64,000 nt of DNA from an uncultured Actinomycetes bacterium (GTDB lineage Bacteria > Actinomycetota > Thermoleophilia > UBA2241): assembly GCA_963725665.1 (NCBI GenBank), contig CAVRZA010000002.1:96001-160000 (forward strand), written 5' to 3'. Position 1 is the first letter of the stretch; each line of letters begins with the position of its first letter. Below the pieces are notes generated by a model. The model searched no databases. It was not told the origin of the DNA and saw only the letters and a program-made list of their open reading frames with translations. The position numbers and the translations under genes were made by a program. Below, piece after piece: positions 54,140 to 64,000 of this stretch.

Positions 54140-54988
54140 GTGGGCCGCGGCGAGGTGCTCGCCGCCTTCGCCGAGCGCTACGGGATGACTCTCGAGGGTC
54201 TCGACGGCTGGGCGATCGCCCAGACGATCACCCGGCGTGGCGGCGCCGGTCTTGACGCCAACACGCGCGAGGTGGCCATGGGCATGGCCGCCGAGGCGGT
54301 CCTCGAGCATGCAGTGCGACTCGTCGGCCCGCTGCGCGCAGCGACCAGGCTGACGGCGGAAGCCATGATCGAGCCCCACGAGGGCGACTTCGACGTCGAG
54401 CGCACGTTCGAGAACGTGCTCGGCAAGGAGTTCCCGGAGCCCGATGACTGGGTCGTCGAGCGCCGCCGCGAGCGCCGTCAGCAGGTCGTCCTCATGATGG
54501 ACACCTCGCTTTCGATGGCCGGGCCCAACATGGCGGTGGCCGCCGTGGCGGCCGCCGTCATGGCTCTGAAGCTGCACCCGGGCGACCTGTCGCTGGTCGC
54601 TTTCGAGACAACGGCGGAGGTGCTCAGTCGTCTCGAGGATCCTGTGCCGGCCGAGTGGCTCGTGCGGCGCATGCTTGAGAGACCCTGCAACGGCTACACG
54701 AACATCGAGGCCGCGCTCGAGCTCGGCGCCATCGAGCTCGAGCGCGGTCGCAATCCACGTCGCGCGGGTCTCCTCATCACCGACGGTGTGTACACGGCCG
54801 GCGGCGACCCGCTCGAGGCGGCACGGTCGTTCACTCGTCTCTATGTCATGCTGACGGCTGACTACAAGATGAATCCCGAGCTGTGCCACGCCATGGCGAA
54901 GGTCGGCGGAGGCACCGTCTTTCACGTCGAGGACTTCGGCGAGCTACCGCGGCGCATGCTCGACGTGGCCGACCACGTGCTCAGGTAG
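54140..54988 (+). CDS. von Willebrand factor A (VWA) domain protein; its frame is open back through the slippery site
   Basis: MIDAS DTSLS, GYTNIEAAL, LITDG; in the -1 frame relative to the ATPase; no clear SD at 54140. Confidence 0.9.
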   Translation: MGRGEVLAAFAERYGMTLEGLDGWAIAQTITRRGGAGLDANTREVAMGMAAEAVLEHAVRLVGPLRAATRLTAEAMIEPHEGDFDVERTFENVLGKEFPEPDDWVVERRRERRQQVVLMMDTSLSMAGPNMAVAAVAAAVMALKLHPGDLSLVAFETTAEVLSRLEDPVPAEWLVRRMLERPCNGYTNIEAALELGAIELERGRNPRRAGLLITDGVYTAGGDPLEAARSFTRLYVMLTADYKMNPELCHAMAKVGGGTVFHVEDFGELPRRMLDVADHVLR

Positions 54989-57154
54989 CCGACTCCGGCG
55001 CCTCCGCGCCCGGCAGCAGCTCCTGCCTTGCGCTCTCTGCCTCGGGCGGCTCGACCGACTCGCCCTGCCTCGTCCAGCGCCTGCCCGGCCAGCCGGCCAC
55101 CGGCCCCACGGCCAGCGTAAGCCCCGGCACGAGGGCCGTGCGCACGAGGAAGGTGTCGATGAGCACGCCGATGGCCACCCCGATGCTGATCTCGACGAGG
55201 TCCTTCACGGGCTGCGAGAGCAGGATCAAGAAGGTCCCCGCGAGGATGATGCCGGCGCTCGTGAGCACGCCGCCGGTCGCCGACAGCGCCCTGACCACGC
55301 CGTCCTTCAGGCCCCTGGCGAAAGCCTCCGAGCGGATGCGCGTCGTGATGAAGATGTTGTAGTCGCTGCCCAGCGCGACCAGGAAGATGAACAGGTAGAG
55401 CGGGATGCGGTAGCTGATGTGCTCCCAGCCGAAGAGCTTCTCCGTGATGAGGATGGTCGCTCCGAGCGCGGCCAGGTACGAGAGCACGTTGGTGAGCAGC
55501 AGGTAGGCGGCGGCGACGATCGCCCGCAGCAGGAGGGCGAGGATCGTGCCCACGACGATCAGAGCGGCGATGGCGACGATGATGGTGTCTCTGTTGGAGA
55601 GCGCCCACGTGTCCGCCTGCGTCGCGCTGGGACCGCCGACGAGGGCCGTCCCGCCGGCCGACGCCGCGACGCCGCGCACGGTCTGGCGCAACTCACGCAC
55701 CTGCTCGAGGGCGGCGCTCGAGTAGGGATCGCCCTTCAGGATCACCTGGAAGCTCAGCAGCGTGCCGCTGTCGGCCACGCCCGTGGGGAAGGCGACGGCG
55801 ACGGCCGGGTTCTTGCTCAAGGCGCCGACGACCGCACCCGAGACCTGCTGCACGCCGGCTTCGCCGCCGGCCGGTGCGGCCGGCAGCTTGACCAGGATGG
55901 TCGTGGGCGCGAGCGCGCCCTTGGGGAAGTGCTTCTCGAGCAGCGCGTAGCCCTGCTTCGAGGGCATGTTCCTGAGGAAGTCCTCGGTGAAGCTGAAACG
56001 TGGGCTGTAGAAGAGGCAGCCCAGGGCGAGTACGACGAGGATCGCCGTGACGGTCGCGGCGGCCCGCTTCGGGCCCGCCGCGACCAGGCCGGCGATCCTC
56101 TCCCAGGCGCGATGCCGCGCTGGCGTCGCCCGCGCGCGGCACGCGTGGCCAGAAGGCGCGCCGCCCGAGCAGGGCGAGCAGCGCCGGCATCAGCGTGAGA
56201 CCGGCGATCAGGGTCACGAACACGCCGAGGCCGAGCACGGGTGCGAACCCTTTGTACTCGCCGTACGTGGCGAACAGCAGCGTGAGCACGGCCAGCGTCA
56301 CGGTGAGGCCGCTGGCCGCGATCGCCTCCCATGTCTCTCCCAGCGCCGTCGCCAGGGCCACGCGGTGGTCGGCCTCGCGGCGCAGCTCCTCGCGGTAGCG
56401 CGAGATCAGCAGCAGGGCGTAGTCGGTGCCGGCGCCGAAGAGGAGGATGACCATGAGCGAGGTGGCCTGGCCCGAGAGGGTCGTGCCCATCGCCGTGGCG
56501 CCCGCCGCCAGTATCCCTCCGGCGACGAAGTAGCCGAAGCCGACCGTGACCAGCGGCACGAAGGGCAGGATCGGCGAGCGGTAGATGAGAAGCAGCAGGA
56601 TGAGTACCAGGACGACGGTGCCGACGAGCAGCTTGATGTCGGCGTTAAGGAAGATCTCGTAGACGTCGGTGATGAGACCGCCGGGGCCAGTCACGCGGAC
56701 CTGCATCCCCCCGATCTGGTCGCCGAAGTGCGTGCGGATCGCCTTCACGGAGTCACGGAACGGACCCTCCCCGGGGTTGCCGGTGAGGGTGGCGAAGACC
56801 AGGGCTCCCTTGCCGTCGGGCGAGTAGCTCGACGCGCGTGCTTGTTATGGGCTCGGCGCCGCTCTTCAGCCACGCCTCTCCCTGCGCGATCGCCGCCTTG
56901 TCCGCGCTCGTCAGGGGGGCGTCTGAGCTGTAGACGACGATGATCGGCGTGCCCCTCGACTGCGGGAAGGATGCCTGCTGCAGCGCGTCGGCACGCTTGG
57001 CTTCGACGCTCGCCGGCAGTGAGCGTGAGGCGTCGTTGCTCGTGACGCTCTGCAGCTTGGGGCCCATCGCCAGGGCGCCGGCGATGAGCACCCACAGGGC
57101 GACGACCAGCCACGGGTGCCAGCCGCGGGTAGACCAAGTGATGAGTCGGCGCAT
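54981..57154 (-). pseudogene. MMPL/RND family transporter with two frameshifts (~56835 and ~56115); pseudogene or sequencing error
   Basis: MMPL motifs VTGPGG, FGAGTDYALLLISRYREE, ALGSDYNIF, TGGVLTSAG spread over three ORF segments. Confidence 0.8.
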
Positions 57155-57387
57155 GCGGGGTCTCCGGAAGTCGGGTGTGTCGCGTGACCTGACATGATAC
57201 AGCCTGCGGCCCCGTGCGGTCTCGAACCTCCAGAAGCCGCGAGCGCACCCCGTCGCGGAGTTGATGGGGAGCTGGTCCGCGAATCGCAGAGGAGAGGCGG
57301 TCCTGTCCGCCGTTGCGTTTGTAGCGGGAGCGCCGGCGGCCTAGAGTCTACGTACCGTCCCATCGGCGGTCGCTACAGGTGGGCCTC

Positions 57388-58584
57388 ATGAGGATCCTGT
57401 ATGTGAGTGGTTCCATCGGCTTGGGCCACGCGGCTCGCGACCTGGCCATCGCTCGCGAGCTGCGCCGGCTGCGTCCCGCGGTCGAGATCGACTGGCTCGC
57501 CGGTGAGCCGGGGCGACGTCTTCTCGTCGACGCGGGCGAGAACGTGCTGAGCGGCCCGTCGGCGGTCGATGACACGGCGACTGTCGAGGCCGTCGCCGGC
57601 GCCTTCAGGGCGAGTCTGGTCGACTACATGGTGCATGCCGGCCGTCCGTGGATCGAGACCGTGATCGCGTTCGCCCGCGTGACGCGGCGCTCCGGTTACG
57701 ACCTGGTGATCGGCGACGAGGCCTACGAGGTCTCGATCGGTCTGGCCTGGCTGCTGCGCGACCGGCCGCCGTTCGTCGTGCTCTTCGACTTCGTGGGCTT
57801 CGACCCTACGTCGTCTCGCCTGCGGGAGCGCGTCGGCGCCTATGCGGTCAACCAGCTCTGGATACAGACCGACCGCCGGCACTGGAGGCGACAGAGCGCT
57901 CTCATGCTGTTTCTGGGCGAGGCCGAGGACATCCCCGATCGCGGCCTCGGACCCCTGCTTCCCAACCGACGCGCGCACGCACGAGCTTGCTACCGGTTCT
58001 GTGGCCACGCCCTGCCGTTCGACCCGGCCGAGCTCGCCGATCGAGGCGAGCTGCGGCGGCGCCTCGGCTACGGCGAGGCGCCGCTCGTTATCGCCTCGAT
58101 CGGCGGTACGGCGATCGGCCGCGAGCTGCTACAGCTTTGCGGCGACGCCTACCCGCGCCTCACCGAGCTCGTGCCGGGGGTGCGCCTGGTGTTGGTCTGC
58201 GGCCCGCGCCTCGACCCCACCTCGCTCGACCTGCCCGACGGGGTCGAGGCGCGGGGCTACGTGCCGAAGTTGTACGAGCACCTGGCCGCCTGCGATGTGG
58301 CGGTCGTGCAAGGAGGAGGCACGACGACGCTCGAGCTCACGGCGCTGCGGCGGCCGTTCCTCTACTTCCCGCTAGAGGGTCATTGCGAGCAGGAGGTCGC
58401 CGTCGCCTCGCGCCTTGTCCGGCACGGCGCCGGTGAGCGCATGACCTTCAGCCGGACGACGCCCGAGGCGCTCGCAGAGCGCGTCGCCGCCCTCGTAGGC
58501 ACCGAGCCGCGCTACCCGCCTATCGCTGCCGACGGCGCGCGCCGGGTGGCCGAGGCCGCCTTGCAGCTGTCCGACGGGCGGTAG
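57388..58584 (+). CDS. GT-B fold glycosyltransferase (GT28 C-terminal-like)
   Basis: IGLGHAARD, SIGGT, LAACDVAVVQGGGTT..E, EQ. Confidence 0.85.
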   Translation: MRILYVSGSIGLGHAARDLAIARELRRLRPAVEIDWLAGEPGRRLLVDAGENVLSGPSAVDDTATVEAVAGAFRASLVDYMVHAGRPWIETVIAFARVTRRSGYDLVIGDEAYEVSIGLAWLLRDRPPFVVLFDFVGFDPTSSRLRERVGAYAVNQLWIQTDRRHWRRQSALMLFLGEAEDIPDRGLGPLLPNRRAHARACYRFCGHALPFDPAELADRGELRRRLGYGEAPLVIASIGGTAIGRELLQLCGDAYPRLTELVPGVRLVLVCGPRLDPTSLDLPDGVEARGYVPKLYEHLAACDVAVVQGGGTTTLELTALRRPFLYFPLEGHCEQEVAVASRLVRHGAGERMTFSRTTPEALAERVAALVGTEPRYPPIAADGARRVAEAALQLSDGR

Positions 58585-58687
58585 CGCAGCCGCCGTAGCC
58601 CGGGGGCCGATGGCGGCCGGCCCTGAGCAGGCCTTTTGGCGCCTTCCCCCTGGTCATACGAACCCGGCAGAACGTCCTGCTTGAGGG

Positions 58688-58693
58688 TATAAT
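58688..58693 (+). promoter_or_regulatory. -10 box upstream of the SPFH gene
   Basis: TATAAT followed by SD GAGGAG. Confidence 0.5.
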
Positions 58694-58708
58694 CGAGGAG
58701 TCAAACTG

Positions 58709-59614
58709 ATGGGAGGAAACGTGCTCACAGTCATAGGCATCATCGTCGGCGTCATTCTCATCCTCGTGATCGTCGCGCTGATCCTCGGTATCCGAGTAGT
58801 GCGACCGACGCATCGCGGACTCGTCGAACGCCTGGGCAAGTACAACCGCTACGCCGTTCCGGGCTTTCACGTGATCATCCCGATTCTAGAGCGCATGTAC
58901 CAGGTCGACATCCGCGAGGTGCTGGTCGAGGCCCAGCCGCAGACGATCATCACCAACGACAACCTGAACGCCAAGGTCGACGCGCAGGTGTACCTCAAGG
59001 TCAAGCCCGACGAGGAGAACGTCAAGGCGAGCCAGTACAACGTCACCAACTACGAGAACCAGATCGTGAACCTGGCGCGCACGACGCTGCGCAACATCAT
59101 CGGCACCATGACACTCAAGTCGGCCAACAGCGAGCGCGGCAAGATCAACGAGGAGTTGCGCAAGACGCTGCTGGTCGAGACGGCGAGCTGGGGCATCGAG
59201 ATCCTGCGCACCGAGCTCAAAGAGATCGACCCGCCGGCAGACGTGCAGGAGACGATGAACAAGGTCGTCAAAGCCGAGAACGAGAAGATCGCCGCGGTCG
59301 ACTTCGCCACCGCCGTCGAGACGCAAGCCGACGGCGCGAAGCGGGGCGAGATCAAGAAGGCCGAGGGCATCAAGCAGGCCCGCATCCTCGAGGCGCAGGG
59401 CGAGGCAGAGGCCATCAAGCTCGTCAACGAGGCGGCGGAGAAGTACTTCGTCGGCAACGCCCAGGTGCTGCGCAAGCTCGAGGCCGTCGAGAAGGCGCTC
59501 TGGCAGAACAGCAAGGTCGTCGTACCGGCCAACACCGAACTAATCAACGTCATCGGTGAGATGGCAGGCGTGTTGCCGGTCGACGGGCACAAGACCCAGC
59601 GCAGGGAGTCGTAG
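58709..59614 (+). CDS. SPFH / band 7 (stomatin-like) membrane protein
   Basis: N-terminal TM, VERLGKY, TTLRNIIG, WGIEI, coiled coil AEG.KQARILEAQGEAEAI. Confidence 0.93.
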   Translation: MGGNVLTVIGIIVGVILILVIVALILGIRVVRPTHRGLVERLGKYNRYAVPGFHVIIPILERMYQVDIREVLVEAQPQTIITNDNLNAKVDAQVYLKVKPDEENVKASQYNVTNYENQIVNLARTTLRNIIGTMTLKSANSERGKINEELRKTLLVETASWGIEILRTELKEIDPPADVQETMNKVVKAENEKIAAVDFATAVETQADGAKRGEIKKAEGIKQARILEAQGEAEAIKLVNEAAEKYFVGNAQVLRKLEAVEKALWQNSKVVVPANTELINVIGEMAGVLPVDGHKTQRRES

Positions 59615-59682
59615 GCAACTAGGTAGAGGCTCTGGGAGCGGTCTACGCCGGCCGGGTTGCGAGATCAAACATGGGGGCGGGG

Positions 59683-59716
59683 CACCGGCCGGGAGGCGCG
59701 GTGCCCCGCCCCCTTC
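59683..59716 (+). terminator. Hairpin after the SPFH gene
   Basis: GGGGGCGGGGCACCG...CGGTGCCCCGCCCCC then TT (stem begins near 59673). Confidence 0.5.
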
Positions 59717-59736
59717 AGTCGACCAGAGGGGGGAGC

Positions 59737-60357
59737 GTGAAGATCGTGGTGTGCGGGGCAGCGGGGCGCACGGGGCGCGAGCTAGTGCGCGTCGCCCTCG
59801 AGCGCGGTCACGAGGTGACCGCGCTCGTCCACGACGCGCAAGGCGACCTCACGCCCGCCGACGGGCTGCACATCGTCTACGGTGACGTCCTCGTGCGCGA
59901 GACGCTGGCACCAGCGTTGGCGGGCGTCGATGCCGTGCTGTGGGCCGTCGGCCCCGGGTCGGCCAAGACGCCGGGTCTGCAGGGGCCGGGGATGGCCAAC
60001 GTCGTGGCGGCCATGCGCGACGCCGGCGTCAGGCGCCTGGTCGCCCTTTCCTCCTCCGGCGTGGGCGACCAGAGCGGCGATCCGTGGTGGCGTCGCCTGT
60101 TCGGTCGCTCGTCGCGAACGGCGACGGCCGGGGACCTGCGCCACATGGAGGTCACGCTGCGGCAGAGCGGCCTGGACTGGACGATCGTGCGCGCCTCGAA
60201 GCTGGTCGACGAGCCGGCGCGAGGGCGCTATCGGGTAGGGCCGGGCTACTCGCTATCGGGCAGCACGGGCGTGGCGCGCGCCGATGTGGCGGCCGTCATG
60301 CTCGACCAGCTCGAGAACGACGTGAACGTCGGTCACGCCGTGGCCGTGTCGTACTGA
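59737..60357 (+). CDS. NAD(P)H-binding Rossmann protein (flavin/biliverdin IXb reductase-like)
   Basis: GAAGRTG, GHEVTAL, GVRRLV..SS.G, SGLDWTIVR, RADVA. Confidence 0.9.
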   Translation: MKIVVCGAAGRTGRELVRVALERGHEVTALVHDAQGDLTPADGLHIVYGDVLVRETLAPALAGVDAVLWAVGPGSAKTPGLQGPGMANVVAAMRDAGVRRLVALSSSGVGDQSGDPWWRRLFGRSSRTATAGDLRHMEVTLRQSGLDWTIVRASKLVDEPARGRYRVGPGYSLSGSTGVARADVAAVMLDQLENDVNVGHAVAVSY

Positions 60358-60405
60358 GGAGGAGCGTCGGGTCGCGAGTGAGGCCTGCCACCGGCCAAGC
60401 CTGGT

Positions 60406-62265
60406 CTAGCCGGCGCCTCCGCCGCCTCCGCCGCCTCCGCCACCGCCGCCGGAGAAGCCGCCGCCGCCGCCCGATGCCGACGAGCTGGGGCTGGCGGCCG
60501 TCGCGGCGGCCGAGAGGCCGCTGCTCACGGCCGCCAGCGGTGAGTGGGCGCCCGACATCCCGGAGGCCATCCAGTAGCCGGTCGTGGCCGTGAAGGCCGG
60601 GTCGCTCATGACCTCGGGCACCTTCACCTGCATGCTCTTCATGACCTCGTCGGCGATGCCGAACACGACGGCGAGCACGAGGAACTGCTGCCAGAGGACG
60701 ACCGACGTGGGCGGCTTCTCGTCCATGCGCCCGAAGTCCTTCATGTAGTTGTAGACGCCGCGGTACTTGGCGTAGACCTCGGCCGCCGCCGCCGTGCGCC
60801 GCTGCATGGCCTTGAAGGAGGCGATCATGAGGATGCCGACGACGATGCCGGCGGCCGGCAGCGCGTTACCGCTGTACGAGATCAGCAACACAGAGACGAG
60901 GATCAGGAGGCCGCCGCATCCGGCGCTCACGACCGCCGCCGTCTTGCCCGACGACTCGAAGTAGCCGCGGGCCCGGCCCAGCGCCGCCACGGCCGTCTTC
61001 CACGCCTGCATGCCCTCGCGGAAGGTCTTGGGATCGTCCTTCGCGTTCTCCCTGAGCTCTTCGATCGTCACGGCGCCGTCCGATCCCATGTCGCGGATGA
61101 GGAGGTCGACCAGGGCTCTTTCGTGCGGCAGAAGCGAGTCGTGCTTGTCGCGGTGCAGGACGAGCTGGTAGGTCTGCTTCTCTTTGTCCCCCAGCAGGTG
61201 GTGCTCGACGGCGACCGCGTCGCGCAGCTCCAGCGCGCCTCGGTCGGCGAGGTCGAGCAGCGTCGCCGTGATCTCGGGGTTGGCGATGGAACCCATCTTC
61301 CACAAGTAGCCGACCAGGGCCGGCGGGAGCTTCTCCTCGGGGATGTCGCGGTAGTACTGCGCCGTGAAGCTGGGCTTGTGCTCGCGGCCGAAGCGCAGGA
61401 AGAGGAGAAGCCAGAGGACGAATCCTCCCGCTGCCGCCGCCAACCCGCCGATCTCGGCGATGCGGATCTTGCGCCGCGCCGCGGCGCGCTCAGCGTTGGC
61501 CGCCTCGGCCAGGCGCTTCTCCTCGGCGAGGACGCTCTGCAGCCGCGCCCCGCCGGAGGGTGCCGCCGCCGAGAGCGCCGCGGCAGGGAAGAGCACACGT
61601 GCCTCGACGAACGTATATGGCGGAAGGTCGGTGACGTGCAGGGTCACGCTGGCGTCGGGGTTGATCGTCACCGTGCCGTTCAGGGGACCGTGCCCCCAGG
61701 CGCGCACCTGGTCGCGAGTGACGCCGGAAGGCAGGTGGATGGTGATCGTCGCCTCGCCGACGCCCTGCTCCCACTGATTGCCGATGAACTGCCAGTAGAG
61801 CTCGGCGGTGTCGCCGTAGCGCTTGGCCGCCCCCTTCACCACGTAGCGCAGAGTGAAGGGCACGCTGGTGTCGCTCAGCTCGAAGTTAGCCTGCACGCGG
61901 ACGACCGGCGGGCTGCCGACCGAGTAGGTGCCCGGCGCTCCCGAGTCGCTGCGCGTGAACGTCTGCGAGGGCGTGCTGACTCCCTGGACACGGATGTCCT
62001 GCGCGCCACTCGTCCGCAGGTCCCAGTAGACGAAGTGGTATGTGCCCGAGAAGTCGAAGGTACGTATCTCGACCACCTGCAGCGAGCCGTCGGGACGGAC
62101 GTTGCCCTCGATGCTCACTTGCGGCATCGAGTAGGACTTGGCGAGGGCGGGCGGCGCGGCGAGCAGGGCGAGAAGAACGGTGAGCGCGGACAGCGCGAAG
62201 ACGAGGCGCCCCGCTCGCCGCGCCCTCGAGCGCGTGCCCGTCTGCAGTGGTACGCGTGCTGGCAT
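60406..62265 (-). CDS. DUF2207 family membrane protein
   Basis: Signal peptide, ELYWQFIG, ATLLDLA.RG, TM pairs, C-terminal SGGGGGFSGGGGGGGGGGG; start at ATG 62265 with SD GAGGAGG. Confidence 0.9.
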   Translation of the reverse strand: MPARVPLQTGTRSRARRAGRLVFALSALTVLLALLAAPPALAKSYSMPQVSIEGNVRPDGSLQVVEIRTFDFSGTYHFVYWDLRTSGAQDIRVQGVSTPSQTFTRSDSGAPGTYSVGSPPVVRVQANFELSDTSVPFTLRYVVKGAAKRYGDTAELYWQFIGNQWEQGVGEATITIHLPSGVTRDQVRAWGHGPLNGTVTINPDASVTLHVTDLPPYTFVEARVLFPAAALSAAAPSGGARLQSVLAEEKRLAEAANAERAAARRKIRIAEIGGLAAAAGGFVLWLLLFLRFGREHKPSFTAQYYRDIPEEKLPPALVGYLWKMGSIANPEITATLLDLADRGALELRDAVAVEHHLLGDKEKQTYQLVLHRDKHDSLLPHERALVDLLIRDMGSDGAVTIEELRENAKDDPKTFREGMQAWKTAVAALGRARGYFESSGKTAAVVSAGCGGLLILVSVLLISYSGNALPAAGIVVGILMIASFKAMQRRTAAAAEVYAKYRGVYNYMKDFGRMDEKPPTSVVLWQQFLVLAVVFGIADEVMKSMQVKVPEVMSDPAFTATTGYWMASGMSGAHSPLAAVSSGLSAAATAASPSSSASGGGGGFSGGGGGGGGGGGGAG

Positions 62266-62441
62266 CGTCCTCCTCTCGACGACCGCTGCCGGCCACCAGT
62301 GTACTTCCGCGACGGGTGCGACACCCCTGCGTGGGCCGACCGCAAGGTGCAAGGGCGACCGGCCATACCCGGCCGGCGCGAGCGCATCGCCACGCGGCAT
62401 TGCGGGGATAGTGGGGTGACGCCAGACGATCGGAGTGCGCT

Positions 62442-62906
62442 ATGAGCCCTGCCCCAGGATGGAAGCCAAAGAAGCCGGACGCACTGTCCGGTTACCTCGA
62501 AGCCATCAGCCGCCCCATCTTCTCGACGGGCATGAGCTGGCGCGTGGTCGAGGCCAAGTGGGACGGCATCCGGCAGGCCTTCGCCGGGTTCGACCCCGAC
62601 AAGGTCGCCGCCCTGACACCGGCCGATGTCGACCGGCTGGTAGAGGACTCGCGGGTGATCCGCAATCGCAAAAAGATCGAAGCCATCATCGGCAACGCCC
62701 GGCGCATGATCGAGCTCGACCGTGAACATGGCGGCTTCCGCCGCTACCTCGAGTCACGAGGCTCGATCGATGCCACCGTGGCGGCCTTGCGGCGCGAGTT
62801 CCGGTTTCTCGGTGAGAGCGGAGCGTACATCTTCCTCTGGAGCGTCGATGAGCCGGTGCCTTCGCACGAGGAGTGGATGGTCGCGCGCGGCAAGCACGCC
62901 GCGTGA
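62442..62906 (+). CDS. DNA-3-methyladenine glycosylase I (Tag)-like protein
   Basis: GMSWRVV..KW, AFAGFDP..VA, IRNRKKIEA.I.NA, F.FLG. Confidence 0.85.
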   Translation: MSPAPGWKPKKPDALSGYLEAISRPIFSTGMSWRVVEAKWDGIRQAFAGFDPDKVAALTPADVDRLVEDSRVIRNRKKIEAIIGNARRMIELDREHGGFRRYLESRGSIDATVAALRREFRFLGESGAYIFLWSVDEPVPSHEEWMVARGKHAA

Positions 62907-62971
62907 TCTGACTCGCGACGCCGTCGGATGGGGTTTACACTGTAGCGACGAGAAAAACCGCAGGAGGAGTC

Positions 62972-63211
62972 ATGGAGCTTCCTCGCTGTCCCGGTCAGGA
63001 CACGATCAACTTCACGCCCGACGACGTTTACGACGTGCCGTGCCCCGAGTGCGGCCAGCCGGTCGAGTTCTTCAAGGACGACCCTACGCGTCGCTGCCCG
63101 AGCTGCGGTAATCGCTTCCCGAACCCCAAGCTCGACCTCGGCTGCGCCGCCTGGTGTCCGGCGGCAAGCGAGTGCGCGGCTGTGCAGGGACTCGCACCCT
63201 CGACTGAGTAG
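62972..63211 (+). CDS. Small Cys-rich zinc-ribbon / Fe-S candidate protein
   Basis: CPGQD, CPECG, CPSCG, CAAWC..ASEC; strong SD AGGAGGAG. Confidence 0.85.
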   Translation: MELPRCPGQDTINFTPDDVYDVPCPECGQPVEFFKDDPTRRCPSCGNRFPNPKLDLGCAAWCPAASECAAVQGLAPSTE

Positions 63212-63228
63212 GGCCCGCGCCACGAGTG

Positions 63229-63282
63229 GGCGAAGCCGGCGGGCGGGCGCCTCGCAGGAGGCGCCCGCCCGCCGGCTTCGCC
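63229..63282. terminator. Perfect 25-bp hairpin (terminator or REP-like palindrome)
   Basis: GGCGAAGCCGGCGGGCGGGCGCCTC-GCAG-GAGGCGCCCGCCCGCCGGCTTCGCC. Confidence 0.7.
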
Positions 63283-63451
63283 TAAAGAACCATCTCCCTC
63301 CCAGGCAACTTCGTTAAGTTGGGCCCTTGCGACGCCGTTCTCTCTAAGCGATTGGATGTGTGAGTGAGGAAGGAGCCACCATGTGGGGCGTGCCGGCCGG
63401 TCATGGGGCGGAGGCCGCGTACGGTGCGAGGGGTCGCGCGAGAGGCTCGTG

Positions 63452-63922
63452 ATGGCAGTCGACCACGAGAAGGCCAAGGTCCTCGACGTGCTGGGCTGTC
63501 TGCGCGAGTTCGAGCTCGTGCTGGCGGAGTTCTACGCCGCCTGCCGTGACTCGTGGCCCGACAGCGACGACTTCTGGACCGAGCTCGTGCAGGGCGAGCT
63601 GCGCCACGCCACCTACCTCACAGACGGCGCTCGCCTGGTCGAGGAGAGGCCGGAGGAGTTCATCACGCCGCGCAACGTGACCGAGGCGCCCGTGGTCGAG
63701 CAGACCGAGTACGTGCGCGAGCGGCTGCACCAACTGTGGGGCGAACATCTCGGGGAGCGTGCCGCGCTGATCGTCTCGCGCGACATCGAGCAGGCCATCC
63801 TCGACGGTAAGCTCTACGAGCTCGTACGCTCGGAGGAGCCGACGTATGCGCATCTCATGAGCGAGATCGTGAGCGAGACGCGCGAGCACGCTCGCCTCAT
63901 GCAGGAGCGGCTCAACCAGTAG
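63452..63922 (+). CDS. Ferritin-like / rubrerythrin-like four-helix protein
   Basis: E......Y, ELRH, IE, Y, ETREH di-iron-type ExxH pattern; start trimmed to ATG 63452. Confidence 0.8.
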   Translation: MAVDHEKAKVLDVLGCLREFELVLAEFYAACRDSWPDSDDFWTELVQGELRHATYLTDGARLVEERPEEFITPRNVTEAPVVEQTEYVRERLHQLWGEHLGERAALIVSRDIEQAILDGKLYELVRSEEPTYAHLMSEIVSETREHARLMQERLNQ

Positions 63923-64000
63923 GCCGTCCTTCGCGCCGGCGACGCGAGGCGGCGGCGCGGGCTCATCTAGCCGTGGCGCCCGGCGCCGCCGCCCCGCGCC

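Noticed and set aside
60409-60475. GCC/CCG microsatellite
   Set aside because: It encodes the normal poly-Gly tail of DUF2207 proteins.

Overview
High-GC bacterial chromosome segment. Gene order and protein style suggest a deep-branching Actinomycetota lineage, possibly Thermoleophilia-like and probably anaerobic (inference). 1-22.4 kb is the str/S10/spc/alpha ribosomal superoperon (fusA to rplQ) followed by ecfA-ecfA'-ecfT-truA. 22.5-49.7 kb is mostly housekeeping: LCP, ROK kinase, ferredoxin, rsmI, metG, tatD, rsmA, ispE, tRNA-Gln, glmU, prs, rplY, pth, mfd, prsA, mazG, eno, ftsB, DUF501, ppx and tRNA-Leu(TAA). After tRNA-Leu there is a decayed ~2.6 kb integrative island: an integrase stub, an ssb pseudogene, two orphan ORFs and two copies of a probable structured RNA. 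An accessory region follows. Best leads: (1) a HEAT-repeat / MoxR-like AAA+ / VWA operon where an A_AAA_AAA slippery site plus a downstream hairpin could give a -1 frameshift AAA-VWA fusion; (2) a duplicated minus-strand RNA with C-rich loops, whose stem differences keep pairing only on that strand; (3) a 22-bp perfect inverted repeat inside an in-frame insertion in mazG; (4) very long disordered N-terminal extensions on uL4 and uS17. Single-base indels in tatD and the MMPL gene may be sequencing errors, which is a caveat for lead 1. All calls come from reading the sequence; no database search was run.
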